Source: Acidimicrobiales bacterium (lineage in GTDB: Bacteria > Actinomycetota > Acidimicrobiia > Acidimicrobiales > VFJN01). Taken from it: 54,143 nucleotides of DNA. This document shows positions 16,657-24,845 of the stretch, piece by piece (within the stretch, counting starts at the first letter, position 1; every line of letters begins with the position of its first letter). The notes under the pieces are model-generated. The model did no database searches, was not told the DNA's origin, and saw only the letters and a list, made by a program, of their open reading frames with translations. The stretch spans positions 1 to 54,143 of the forward strand of contig DASTFE010000176.1 in the NCBI GenBank assembly GCA_035708905.1, given 5' to 3'. A program made the position numbers and the translations under genes.

Positions 16657-17907
16657 TCAGTTGCCGAAGTCCCAGCCCTTGTCGAGCGCCCGGTAGCGGT
16701 TGAGCACGTTCTTGGCCATGAGGATGCGGTGCACCTCGTCGGGGCCGTCGGCCAGCCGCAATGTGCGGGCGCCCTGGTACATGGCGGCGAGCGGCAGGTC
16801 GCCGGTGACCCCCGCGGCGCCCCACACCTGGATCGCCCGGTCGACGACCCGGTGGAAGGCGGCGGGCACGAACACCTTGATCGCCGAGATGTCGGTCCGG
16901 GCGTCCTGACCGGCCGCCATCTTCTCGGCGCAGTTGATGGTCATGAGCCGGGCCGACTGGACGTCCATGTACGAGTCGGCGATGAACCCCTGGATGAACT
17001 GCTTGGTCTCGAGCGGGCCGCCGTGCACCTCACGGGTGAGCGACCGCTCGACCATCAGGTCGAACGCCCGCCACATGGCCCCCAGCGAGTTCATGCAGTG
17101 GTACACCCGACCGGCGCCCAGGCGGTCCTGGGCCGCCTGGTGGCCCGAGCCGCGGGCGCCCAGGGCGTTGTCGAGCGGCACCCGCACGTCGTCGTAGATG
17201 ATCTCGCAGTGGTCGCTCTCACGGCCCCACACGTTGATGCCGCGCACGATGGTGACGCCCGGGGTGTCGGACGGGACGATGATCTGGGTCATGGCGGCGT
17301 TGCGATCGGCCCCGCCCTCGACGTCCTCGGTGCGGCACATGACGATGAAGAAGTCGGCCCGCTTGCCGTTCGAGGTGAACCACTTGTGGCCGTTGACGAC
17401 CCACTCGTCGCCGTCGCGCCGCGCCGTGGTCTTCAGCGACCGGGGGTCGGAGCCGGGCTGGTCGGGCTCGGTCATCGAGAAGCCCGACTGCATGGTGCCC
17501 TCGATGAGCGGCAGCAGCCAGCGCTGCTTCTGCTCGTCGGTGCCGTACTTGACCAGGATCGACTGGTTCCCCGAGTTGGGCGCGACCACGCCGAACAGCG
17601 TCGACGCCCCGACCGCGTAGGCCAGCACCTCGTACATGTAGGCCAGCTCGAGGAAGTCGAGGCCGGCCCCGCCGTACTCGGCGGGCAGGTGAGGCGCCCA
17701 CAGGCCGGCCTGGCGCACCTTGTCCTGCACCCGGGCCCGCAGCATGCGGGACTGCTCGCGGTCGCTGTCGGTGAGGTGCATGCCCGCCCGGGTCTCGGCC
17801 CACAGCATGTTCTCGTCGGGCAGGATGTCGCGGTTGACGATCTCGGCGGTGAGCGCCCGGATCTCGTTGATCCGGTCCGACACCGTGGGAATCGGCTGGA
17901 CGTTCAT
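16657..17907 (-). CDS. Acyl-CoA dehydrogenase family protein.
   Basis: Trimmed to the ATG at 17907 (MNVQPIP...). GFSMTEPDQPGSDP, VVNGHKWFTSNG and a C-terminal helical domain ending ...GPDEVHR. Confidence 0.9.
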   Translation of the reverse strand: MNVQPIPTVSDRINEIRALTAEIVNRDILPDENMLWAETRAGMHLTDSDREQSRMLRARVQDKVRQAGLWAPHLPAEYGGAGLDFLELAYMYEVLAYAVGASTLFGVVAPNSGNQSILVKYGTDEQKQRWLLPLIEGTMQSGFSMTEPDQPGSDPRSLKTTARRDGDEWVVNGHKWFTSNGKRADFFIVMCRTEDVEGGADRNAAMTQIIVPSDTPGVTIVRGINVWGRESDHCEIIYDDVRVPLDNALGARGSGHQAAQDRLGAGRVYHCMNSLGAMWRAFDLMVERSLTREVHGGPLETKQFIQGFIADSYMDVQSARLMTINCAEKMAAGQDARTDISAIKVFVPAAFHRVVDRAIQVWGAAGVTGDLPLAAMYQGARTLRLADGPDEVHRILMAKNVLNRYRALDKGWDFGN

Positions 17908-17941
17908 CTGCAGCACGGCGCGCTCCTCGTGACGGTCCACA

Positions 17942-17961
17942 GTTGATGCGACCGCATCAAC
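17942..17961. promoter_or_regulatory. Inverted repeat (9-2-9) in the divergent promoter region; putative operator.
   Basis: GTTGATGCG-AC-CGCATCAAC, ~50% GC. It lies between the acyl-CoA dehydrogenase start (17907) and the ligase start. Confidence 0.4.
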
Positions 17962-18002
17962 ATCTGGCGCGTGCGCATGGTAGGGCGTGGCAGAGTGGCC
18001 GT

Positions 18003-19451
18003 GTGACCCACGTGTCGTTCGCCCGGCGCCTGACCGACCTCGCCGACGCCGATCCCTCCCGGCCCGCCATCTCGTGCGGCGAGAGCCAGCTCGCCCGGCT
18101 CGAGCTCGACGGCGCGGCCAACGCCCTGGCACGCGACCTCGCCGCCCGCGGGGTGTCCGTGGGCGACATGGTGACGGTCGCGCTGCCCAACTCGGTCGAC
18201 TGGTTCGTGGCCGTGGCCGCCGCCTGGAAGCTGGGGGCCGTCCCCCAGCCCGTGAGCGCCCGGCTGCCGGTCCGCGAGCTGCAGGCCATCGTCGACCTCG
18301 CCGACCCCAAGGTCGTCGTCGGCGGCCCGCCCGAGGCCGCTGGCGACCGCCCGTGGCTGCCCGAGGGCCATCGCCCACCGCCGGGCACCGACACCACACC
18401 GCTGCCCGACGCCGTGTCGCCCGCCTGGAAGGCGCCCACCTCGGGCGGGTCGACCGGCCGGCCCAAGCTGATCGTGTCGGGCGACCGCAGCGTGGTCGAT
18501 CCCGACGGCCCGGTGCCGCTGCGCATGCGCCCCGACGGCTGCCTGGTCATGCCCGGCCCGCTGTACCACAACGGCCCGATCGTGTGGTCGTGCCAGGCCC
18601 TGCTGTGGGGCAACCACGTGGTGGTGCTGCCCCGGTTCGACGCCGAGGCCACCCTGGCGGCCGTCGAGGCCAACGGCGCGGATGTCGTCTACCTCGTGCC
18701 CACCATGATGAAGCGGATCTGGCGGCTGCCCGCCGAGGTGCGCGACCGCTACGACCTGTCGTCGCTGCACACGGTCTGGCACCTGGCCGAGCCCTGCCCG
18801 CCCTGGCTCAAGGAGGCGTGGATCGACTGGCTGGGCCCTGACCGCGTCGTCGAGCTGTACGCCGGCACCGAGGCGCAGGTCGCCACCGTCATCACCGGGT
18901 CGGAGTGGCTCGAGCACCGCGGCTCGGTGGGCCGGCCGGTGGCCGGCGAGGTCATGATCTGCGACGCCGACGGCGTCGAGGTGCCGCCGGGCACCGAGGG
19001 CGAGGTGTGGCTGCGCAGCGGTCGGGACCGGCCCACCTACCGCTACGTGGGCGCCGAGCCCCGCCGGCGCGACGGCGGCTGGGAGTCGCTGGGCGACCAC
19101 GGCCACGTCGACGAGGACGGCTACCTGTACCTGGGCGACCGCCTCCAGGACATGATCCTGGTCGGCGGGGCCAACGTGTACCCGGCCGAGGTCGAGGCCG
19201 CGCTGGCCGAGCACCCCGCCGTGCGCAGCGTTGTCGTCATCGGCCTGCCCGACGACGACACCGGCAACCGGGTGCACGCGATCGTCGAGGCCGACCCCGC
19301 CGAGGCGCCCGCGGCCGACCTGCTCGCCTTCGCAGGCGGGCGGCTCGCCCGCTACAAGCTGCCCCGCACGGTCGAGCACGTCGACCACGTGCTGCGCGAC
19401 GACGCCGGCAAGGTGCGCCGCAGCGAGCTGCGCCGCCAGCGGCTCGGGTAG
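18003..19451 (+). CDS. AMP-dependent synthetase/ligase (acyl-CoA ligase family).
   Basis: TSGGSTGRPK (P-loop-like AMP motif), YAGTE, GDHGHVDEDGYLYLGDR and a C-terminal DDAGKVRR. The GTG at 18003 is preferred because an ATG at 17943 would leave only 35 bp to the divergent gene. Confidence 0.85.
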   Translation: MTHVSFARRLTDLADADPSRPAISCGESQLARLELDGAANALARDLAARGVSVGDMVTVALPNSVDWFVAVAAAWKLGAVPQPVSARLPVRELQAIVDLADPKVVVGGPPEAAGDRPWLPEGHRPPPGTDTTPLPDAVSPAWKAPTSGGSTGRPKLIVSGDRSVVDPDGPVPLRMRPDGCLVMPGPLYHNGPIVWSCQALLWGNHVVVLPRFDAEATLAAVEANGADVVYLVPTMMKRIWRLPAEVRDRYDLSSLHTVWHLAEPCPPWLKEAWIDWLGPDRVVELYAGTEAQVATVITGSEWLEHRGSVGRPVAGEVMICDADGVEVPPGTEGEVWLRSGRDRPTYRYVGAEPRRRDGGWESLGDHGHVDEDGYLYLGDRLQDMILVGGANVYPAEVEAALAEHPAVRSVVVIGLPDDDTGNRVHAIVEADPAEAPAADLLAFAGGRLARYKLPRTVEHVDHVLRDDAGKVRRSELRRQRLG

Positions 19452-19458
19452 CCGGCGG

Positions 19459-20034
19459 TCAGGCCCGGGCGCGCCGGGCCCCGGCGACCTCGGGCGCTCG
19501 GGCCGGGCGGGCACGGGGTGCGAGGACCCGCACGAGCGTCAGGAACACCACGGTGGCTGCGGCGAGGTCGACCGCCACCACGGCGAGCGGGTTGCCGGCG
19601 TCGGTGCCGGCGAGGACGAAGTGCAGGGTGGCGGCCCAGAACAGCACGAAGCTGGCGAGGTGGACGCGGCGCCAGAGCCGGCGGGGCAAGCGCCGCATCA
19701 GCAGCGAGGTGATCTCGACCGCCGCCAGCAGCTGCAGCGACACGACGCCGAGCGCGACCGGGCCGGGCCGCCACGACGACGCGAACGGGACGAGGAGGTC
19801 GACGAGGTCGAACGAGACGTAGCTGTCGGCAACGAGCCCGGCCAGGTGCAGGCCGGTGAAGGCGACTGCGGCGCCGCCCAGGAAGCGGTGCAGGTCGCTG
19901 AGCCAGGCGGGGGTCGGGCGGCGCCGGGCCAGCCGCGTGCTGAGCACCAGGCCCCCGGCGACGGCTGCGAACAGCAGCGCCCACGCCACGATCCCCGTCG
20001 CCCGCGCCACGTACCACCAGACCTGCGTGCTCAC
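19459..20034 (-). CDS. Ferric-reductase-like / MsrQ-like transmembrane heme-binding domain protein.
   Basis: Six hydrophobic segments with conserved His residues (LSDLHRFLG, FTGLHLAG, RRVHLASF, ATLHFVLAG). GTG at 20034 overlaps the apbE stop (GTGA). Confidence 0.7.
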   Translation of the reverse strand: MSTQVWWYVARATGIVAWALLFAAVAGGLVLSTRLARRRPTPAWLSDLHRFLGGAAVAFTGLHLAGLVADSYVSFDLVDLLVPFASSWRPGPVALGVVSLQLLAAVEITSLLMRRLPRRLWRRVHLASFVLFWAATLHFVLAGTDAGNPLAVVAVDLAAATVVFLTLVRVLAPRARPARAPEVAGARRARA

Positions 20035-20993
20035 GACAGCACCGCCGCCAGGCCGGGGGTGGCGTGACGTTCGCCGTCGGCGGTGACCACGAGGGCGTGG
20101 ACGTCGGAGTACCCGTCGAGACCGGCGGGGCCGGACAGGTGGAGCGCCGTGGCGACCACCTCGGCCCACCACGCCTCGCCGGCCACGACGGTGGCGGCGA
20201 CGACGGCCGACGCGGCCGGGCGTCCGGTCGCGGGGTCGATCAGGTGGTGCGCCTCACCGCCTGCGGTGCGCCACCGGCGGCGCAACGGGCTGCTGGTGGC
20301 CACACCGCCGCCCGGCACCGCCCCTCGCATCAGCGCACCTGCGGGGCCCCGGGGATCGTCGACGGCGACGGTCCATCCGCCACCGGTCGGGGGCGTGCCG
20401 GCGGCCCGGAGGTCGCCGCCCAGCGCGACGAGCGCACCCGCCGCGCCCGCGGCGAGGAGCGTGGCGACGACCAGGTCCGCCGCCAGGCCCTTCCCGATGC
20501 CGCCGGGGTCGAACACCGTCCCGGCGGGGAGGGTGACCGCGGGCAGCCACGGGTCGAGCAACATGCAGCCCAGGCCGGGCGCGGGCCCGGCGGCCTCCGC
20601 CCCGGGCGGTCGGGTGGGCGCCGTCCCCTCCGGGGCGCGGGCGACCACCTCGGACAGGTCGGCGTCGTACCCGTGGGCCACGAGCGAAGCGCCGACGGTC
20701 GGGTCGAACAGGCCGGCGGTGCCCCGCCAGCCTTCGGCGGCCCGCCGGTACAGCGTCAGCGTGTCGGCCGACACGGGCACGGCGCGGCCCGCACCCTGGT
20801 TGACCGCCGACACCTCGCTGTCGGGCAGGAAGCGGCTCCAGCGGCGCTCGAGGTCGTCGACCCGGCGCCATCCCACCCGCATCAGGTGGTCCGATCGCCC
20901 ACGGTCGGCGACGACGACCATGTGGGCGTCGGATCCCATCGCCGGGCGGCGTGCCTCGACCACGAGCGGTGCGGGCACCTCGCCGGCCGCCAT
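20031..20993 (-). CDS. apbE: ApbE-family FAD:protein FMN transferase, with no obvious signal peptide.
   Basis: RRPAMGSDAHMVVV... SRFLPDSEVSAVN... GLFDPTV... FDPGGIGKGLAAD... AVATSS..RR.W......HHLIDPATGRP. Confidence 0.85.
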   Translation of the reverse strand: MAAGEVPAPLVVEARRPAMGSDAHMVVVADRGRSDHLMRVGWRRVDDLERRWSRFLPDSEVSAVNQGAGRAVPVSADTLTLYRRAAEGWRGTAGLFDPTVGASLVAHGYDADLSEVVARAPEGTAPTRPPGAEAAGPAPGLGCMLLDPWLPAVTLPAGTVFDPGGIGKGLAADLVVATLLAAGAAGALVALGGDLRAAGTPPTGGGWTVAVDDPRGPAGALMRGAVPGGGVATSSPLRRRWRTAGGEAHHLIDPATGRPAASAVVAATVVAGEAWWAEVVATALHLSGPAGLDGYSDVHALVVTADGERHATPGLAAVLS

Positions 20994-20995
20994 CG

Positions 20996-21268
20996 TCAGC
21001 TCGCGCTGCTCGTGGCGACCGGCGGGGCGGGCGACCGGGTGACAGGAGGCGGCGGCACCCGTGTCGCGGTGGCGGGGGCGTCGGCGGGCGACGGCTGTAC
21101 CGCGACGGCCGGGGCGACGGGCGCCGGGCCGGTGCCGGGCGCGGCGGCCCGGGCCATGGCGGACGCCATCACCGCGGCGGCGCTGACGCTGACCGCGACG
21201 GTCAGCAGGCGCGCCCCGGTGGCGGCATGGGGCCGCCGGGCACGGTGGCCGCGCCGATCAGTCGTCAT
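20996..21268 (-). CDS. Hypothetical small single-pass membrane protein with a Pro/Ala-rich tail.
   Basis: ATG at 21268: MTTDRRGHRARRPH-ATGARLLTVAVSVSAAAVMASAMA-RAAAPGTGPAP.... Its stop at 20996-20998 lies 2 nt before the apbE ATG, and it overlaps the upstream gene by 11 nt. GC3 bias is high. No homology is recognised. Confidence 0.35.
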   Translation of the reverse strand: MTTDRRGHRARRPHAATGARLLTVAVSVSAAAVMASAMARAAAPGTGPAPVAPAVAVQPSPADAPATATRVPPPPVTRSPAPPVATSSAS

Positions 21269-21557
21269 CGTCGGCGCCCTCGTACTCGTGCTCGTCGTCG
21301 TGCCGGTCCTCGTACCGGTCGTCGTCCTCGTTCCGGTCGTCGTCCTCGTACCGGTCGTCGTCTGGCGTGCCGACGGGGTCGTCCACCTGGACCGGCGCCC
21401 CGGGCGGCTCGCTCGACGTGGCGATCGGGCTGACACGGCCCACACCGTCGTCGCCGCCGGCGTCGACCAGCTGGGTGTTGAGGCTGATGGCGGCGGCGCC
21501 CGCCAGCAGCGTGAGCGAGGTGGCGGCGGCCGCCACGATGGCTGTACGTCGTTCCAT
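21258..21557 (-). CDS. Small exported or anchored protein with a highly acidic Asp/Glu/Tyr/His repeat tail.
   Basis: MERRTAIVAAAATSLTLLAGAAAISL (signal/anchor), then ...DDDRYEDDDRNEDDDRYEDRHDDEHEYEGADDDD. Confidence 0.55.
   Translation of the reverse strand: MERRTAIVAAAATSLTLLAGAAAISLNTQLVDAGGDDGVGRVSPIATSSEPPGAPVQVDDPVGTPDDDRYEDDDRNEDDDRYEDRHDDEHEYEGADDDD
21303..21362. repeat. 18-bp in-frame tandem repeat, about 3.3 copies.
   Basis: The unit CCGGTCGTCGTCCTCGT(A/T) is repeated. It encodes the DDDRYE/DDDRNE units of the acidic protein on the minus strand. Confidence 0.7.
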
Positions 21558-21593
21558 GGCGTCGACGGTACGGAGGGGCCGGTGAGGCGCCGG

Positions 21594-23042
21594 TCAGGCC
21601 GAGGTGAGCGCCGGGTTAAGGTCCTGCGACACGACGCCGGGCCGGGCCAACCGCACGGTCGCGTCGAGGCCGCACCCGTCGGGCCCGGGCGCCAGCACGG
21701 CGTCGCCGCCACAGGCCCGCGCCAGTTGCCGCACGATGGCCAGGCCCAGCCCGAAGCCGGGCCCCGGCGCGCCGGCAGGGCGCCAGAAGCGCTCGAAGGC
21801 GTGGGCCCGCGCCTCGGGCGGCAGGCCGGGGCCCCGGTCGACGACGTGCAGCTCGACCCACCGGTCGCTGGTCGACACGGCGACGGTGACCGGCGACCCG
21901 GCCGGCGCCGCCTCGATGGCGTTGGAGACGAGGTTGTCGAGGATCTGCTCCAGCGCCCCGGCGGCGGCGCGCACGGGCACGGGCCCCGGCACGTCGACGC
22001 CGAGGTCGATGCCGTGGTCGCCGGCCACCGGCCGCCAGGCGTCGGCCCGCCCGGCGACGACGGCGGCGAGGTCGACGGTGCCGCACTCGGGGGTCGCCGC
22101 GTCGGTGCGCGCCAGCACCAGCAGCGACTGCACGAGCTGGCCCAGCCGGGTCGCCTCGGCCAACGCTGCTGCCAGGTCGGCGTGGGCGGCCGGGGGCACG
22201 GACGTCTCCAGCATCTCCAGCCGCAGCCGCAGCGCGGTCAGCGGCGTGCGCAGCTGGTGCGAAGCGTCGGCGACGAACCGGTGCTGGGCGTCGACGAGCA
22301 CCCCCAGCCGCTCGGCCGTCCGGTTGAGGGTGTCGGCCAGCGCCCGCAGCTCAGGGGCTCCCTCCCGGACGTCCGCCCGGGCGGACAGGTCGCCGGCCGC
22401 CATCCGGGCGGCCGCGTCCCGCAGGTGCCGGACCGGACGGCTGACGCTGCGCGCCAGCACCATCCCGACCGCGGCCACCAGCACCAGCACCAGCACCGAC
22501 AGCGCGCCGAGCCGCAGCCACGTGGACCGGACCCGGGCGTCGAGGGTCGAGGTGGGGTAGGTGACCCGCACGGCGCCGTGGACGATGCCCGCCGAGGCGA
22601 CGGGCACGGTCACGTACATCAGGTTCGTGCCCAGCGTCTCGGAGCTGCGGCTGCCGCTCGTGCGCCGGCCGTCGAGCGCCGCCGCGATCTCGGGACGGGT
22701 CGAGAAGTCGCGGGGCACCGCCGCCCCCGGGTCGGAGTCGGCCACGCTGATGCCATCGGTGCCGACCACCACGATGCGCCCGCCGGTGCCGGCGTAGTCG
22801 CGCAGGACGTCGTCGACCGTCGGCGCCACCCCGGCCTCCAGGGCGTCCTCGACGAGCGACGCCACCGCCTGCGCGTCGCGCTCGATGTCGAAGACCAGGC
22901 GGTCGCGCTCGCGCGACGCGAAGGTGAGCCCCAGGGGGATCACCACGACGGCCAGGGCGAACGCCGTGATGGTCAGGTAGGTGGCGAGGAGGCGGCGGGC
23001 CACGGCGGGCTCATCCCGGAGGGTCGAGCCGGTACCCGACAC
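21594..23042 (-). CDS. Sensor histidine kinase (two TM segments, HAMP, HisKA, HATPase_c).
   Basis: FVADASHQLRTPLTAL (H-box), NLVSNAIEA (N-box) and GFGLGLAIV (G-box). The GTG at 23042 overlaps the response-regulator gene by 32 nt. The alternative GTG at 23003 (VARRLLATYL...) lies 7 nt after the regulator's stop. Confidence 0.9.
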   Translation of the reverse strand: MSGTGSTLRDEPAVARRLLATYLTITAFALAVVVIPLGLTFASRERDRLVFDIERDAQAVASLVEDALEAGVAPTVDDVLRDYAGTGGRIVVVGTDGISVADSDPGAAVPRDFSTRPEIAAALDGRRTSGSRSSETLGTNLMYVTVPVASAGIVHGAVRVTYPTSTLDARVRSTWLRLGALSVLVLVLVAAVGMVLARSVSRPVRHLRDAAARMAAGDLSARADVREGAPELRALADTLNRTAERLGVLVDAQHRFVADASHQLRTPLTALRLRLEMLETSVPPAAHADLAAALAEATRLGQLVQSLLVLARTDAATPECGTVDLAAVVAGRADAWRPVAGDHGIDLGVDVPGPVPVRAAAGALEQILDNLVSNAIEAAPAGSPVTVAVSTSDRWVELHVVDRGPGLPPEARAHAFERFWRPAGAPGPGFGLGLAIVRQLARACGGDAVLAPGPDGCGLDATVRLARPGVVSQDLNPALTSA

Positions 23043-23748
23043 CCCGCAGCGTGGTGATCCATTCGTGGTCCCCCCGCCCGCGCAGCTTGCGGCGCAGCGC
23101 GGCGACGTGGACGTCGAGCGTCTTGGTCGGCCCCCACCAGTTCTCGTCCCAGACCCGGGCGATGATGTCCTCGCGGGTGCGCACCTGCGAGGGCTCCTCG
23201 GCCAGGTAGGCCAGCAGGTCGTACTCCTTGGGCGTCAGGTCGACCTCGGCGTCCCCGAGCCACACGCGCCGGGCCGGGCGGTCGAGGACCAGAGGGCCGA
23301 GCGCCTGTCTGCTGCCTGCCGGCGAGCGGTCGCCGGTGCGGCGCCGGACGGCCCGGATCCGGGCGACGAGCTCACGGAAGCCGAACGGCTTGACCACGTA
23401 GTCGTCGGCCCCGATCTCGAGGAGGAGCACGCGGTCGACCTCGTCGGCCCGGGCCGACACGACGATGATCGGCACCCCGGAGCGCTGGCGGAGCCGGCGG
23501 CACACCTCGCGACCGTCCAGGTCGGGCAGTCCCAGGTCGAGCAGCACGAGATCGGCGCCGCCGGCCGCGAGCGCCTCGGCGCCCGTGGCGGCCCGGGTGA
23601 CCGCGTACCCCTCGCGGGTCAGGCCCTCGACCAGCGGGTCCGCGATCGAGTCGTCGTCCTCGACGACGAGCAGCCGGCCGCCCCGGGCGGAGCCGAGCCC
23701 GTCCGCGTGCCCGTTCGGGTGCACCGTGTCGCTGGTCACCACTCCCAC
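23011..23748 (-). CDS. OmpR/PhoB-family response regulator.
   Basis: LLVVEDDDSI...DLVLLDLGLPDLDG...ADDYVVKPF in the receiver domain. Winged helix: LTPKEYDLLAYL...TLDVHVAALRRKL...ITTLRGVGYRL. Confidence 0.9.
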   Translation of the reverse strand: MGVVTSDTVHPNGHADGLGSARGGRLLVVEDDDSIADPLVEGLTREGYAVTRAATGAEALAAGGADLVLLDLGLPDLDGREVCRRLRQRSGVPIIVVSARADEVDRVLLLEIGADDYVVKPFGFRELVARIRAVRRRTGDRSPAGSRQALGPLVLDRPARRVWLGDAEVDLTPKEYDLLAYLAEEPSQVRTREDIIARVWDENWWGPTKTLDVHVAALRRKLRGRGDHEWITTLRGVGYRLDPPG

Positions 23749-23774
23749 GATGCCCGTGCCCGGGCACGCCGGCC

Positions 23775-23820
23775 ACGGTCGAAGGTCCCGAAGCTGGCCG
23801 CCGGCGGGACCTTGGCCTCT
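23775..23820. promoter_or_regulatory. Inverted pair of DosR-like boxes in the divergent promoter between the response regulator and the metallophosphoesterase.
   Basis: ACGGTCGAAGGTCCC (23775-23789) and GGGACCTTGGCCTCT (23806-23820). They share GGTCCC/GGGACC cores with the boxes at 35850, 41882 and others. Confidence 0.45.
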
Positions 23821-23890
23821 GCCCTGGCGGTGGCAGGCTGGGGACGATGATGACGTGGCAGTCGCTTTGCACCCTCCCCGCCGCCGGGTG

Positions 23891-24778
23891 ATGCTGTCGA
23901 TCGTTGCCGTCGTGGCGATGGTCGCCGTCGCCGTCGGCCTGCTCTACCACGACCAGATCTACCGCTACCTCACCCACACCAAGGGCAGCCCCACGGAGAC
24001 GGTGGCCTGGCAGCCCTTCCCGGGCGACGAGGCGCCGGAGCTGCATCTGGCCGTGGTCGGCGACGTGGGCGACGGCGGGAAGCGCATCGACGCCACCGGC
24101 GCCGCCGTCGCCCGGCTCGACCAGCGGCTGCCCCTCGACGGGCTCGTGGTCGGCGGTGACAACGTGTACCCGGCGGGCAACCCGGCCGGCCTGTCCGGCA
24201 CGGTGTTCGAGCCGTTCGGTCCGGTGCTCGACCACGCCCCGCTGTACGCGGTGCTGGGCAACCACGACGTCAAGCGCGACAACGCCGCCGGGCAGGTGGC
24301 GGCGTTGGGCATGCCGGGGCGGTGGTGGGCCGAGCACCTCGGCGACGTCCTGCTGGTGGGGCTCGACTCGAACGTGGTCGACGACCCCGACCAGCGGGCC
24401 TGGCTCGAGGAGACGCTCGCGTCGGCCACCGAGCGCTGGCGCATCGTGGTGGTGCACCACCCGCCCTACTCGGCCGGCTACCAGGGGTCGAGCGAGGACG
24501 TGCGGGCCGCCTTCTCGCCGCTGTTCGAGCGGTACGGGGTCCAGCTCGTGCTGTCGGGGCACGACCACGACTACCAGCGCAGCGTGCCCGTCGGTGGCGT
24601 GACCTACGTGGTCACGGGCGGCGCGTCGGGCACGCGCCGCACCGGCGAGGACGACTTCACGGCCGAGTCGTTCTCGTGGCACCACTTCACCGAGGTCGCC
24701 GTGTTCCGCGACCGGATCGTGGTCCGCGCGATCAACCAGGACCTGCGGGTCGCCGACGAGGCGGCGATCCAGGGCTGA
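23891..24778 (+). CDS. Membrane-anchored metallophosphoesterase (calcineurin-like).
   Basis: N-terminal TM MLSIVAVVAMVAVAVGLL. Motifs VVGDVGDGG, VGGDNVY, LGNHD, VVHHPPYS and SGHDHDYQR. Confidence 0.85.
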   Translation: MLSIVAVVAMVAVAVGLLYHDQIYRYLTHTKGSPTETVAWQPFPGDEAPELHLAVVGDVGDGGKRIDATGAAVARLDQRLPLDGLVVGGDNVYPAGNPAGLSGTVFEPFGPVLDHAPLYAVLGNHDVKRDNAAGQVAALGMPGRWWAEHLGDVLLVGLDSNVVDDPDQRAWLEETLASATERWRIVVVHHPPYSAGYQGSSEDVRAAFSPLFERYGVQLVLSGHDHDYQRSVPVGGVTYVVTGGASGTRRTGEDDFTAESFSWHHFTEVAVFRDRIVVRAINQDLRVADEAAIQG

Positions 24779-24845
24779 GCCCGCCCAGGGCGTGCGGTCC
24801 GCTGGGGCGCTGGAAAGATCGTCCCCGCTGAGCGACCCTGGTGGC

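Noticed and set aside
21303-21362. Short tandem DNA repeat, considered as a possible CRISPR or minisatellite.
   Set aside because: The repeats are contiguous, 18 bp long, in frame and coding, with no spacers. There are no cas genes anywhere in the window.
20996-21712. Full 238-aa version of the ORF ending at 20996.
   Set aside because: Only the last 90 aa (from the ATG at 21268) form a plausible signal-anchor protein. The upstream part overlaps the acidic-protein gene out of frame and translates its DNA repeat as TTTGTR repeats.
20064-23057. 997-aa (+) ORF spanning the apbE, small-protein and histidine-kinase loci.
   Set aside because: It is antisense to four well-supported minus-strand genes, and its composition is typical of non-coding frames.
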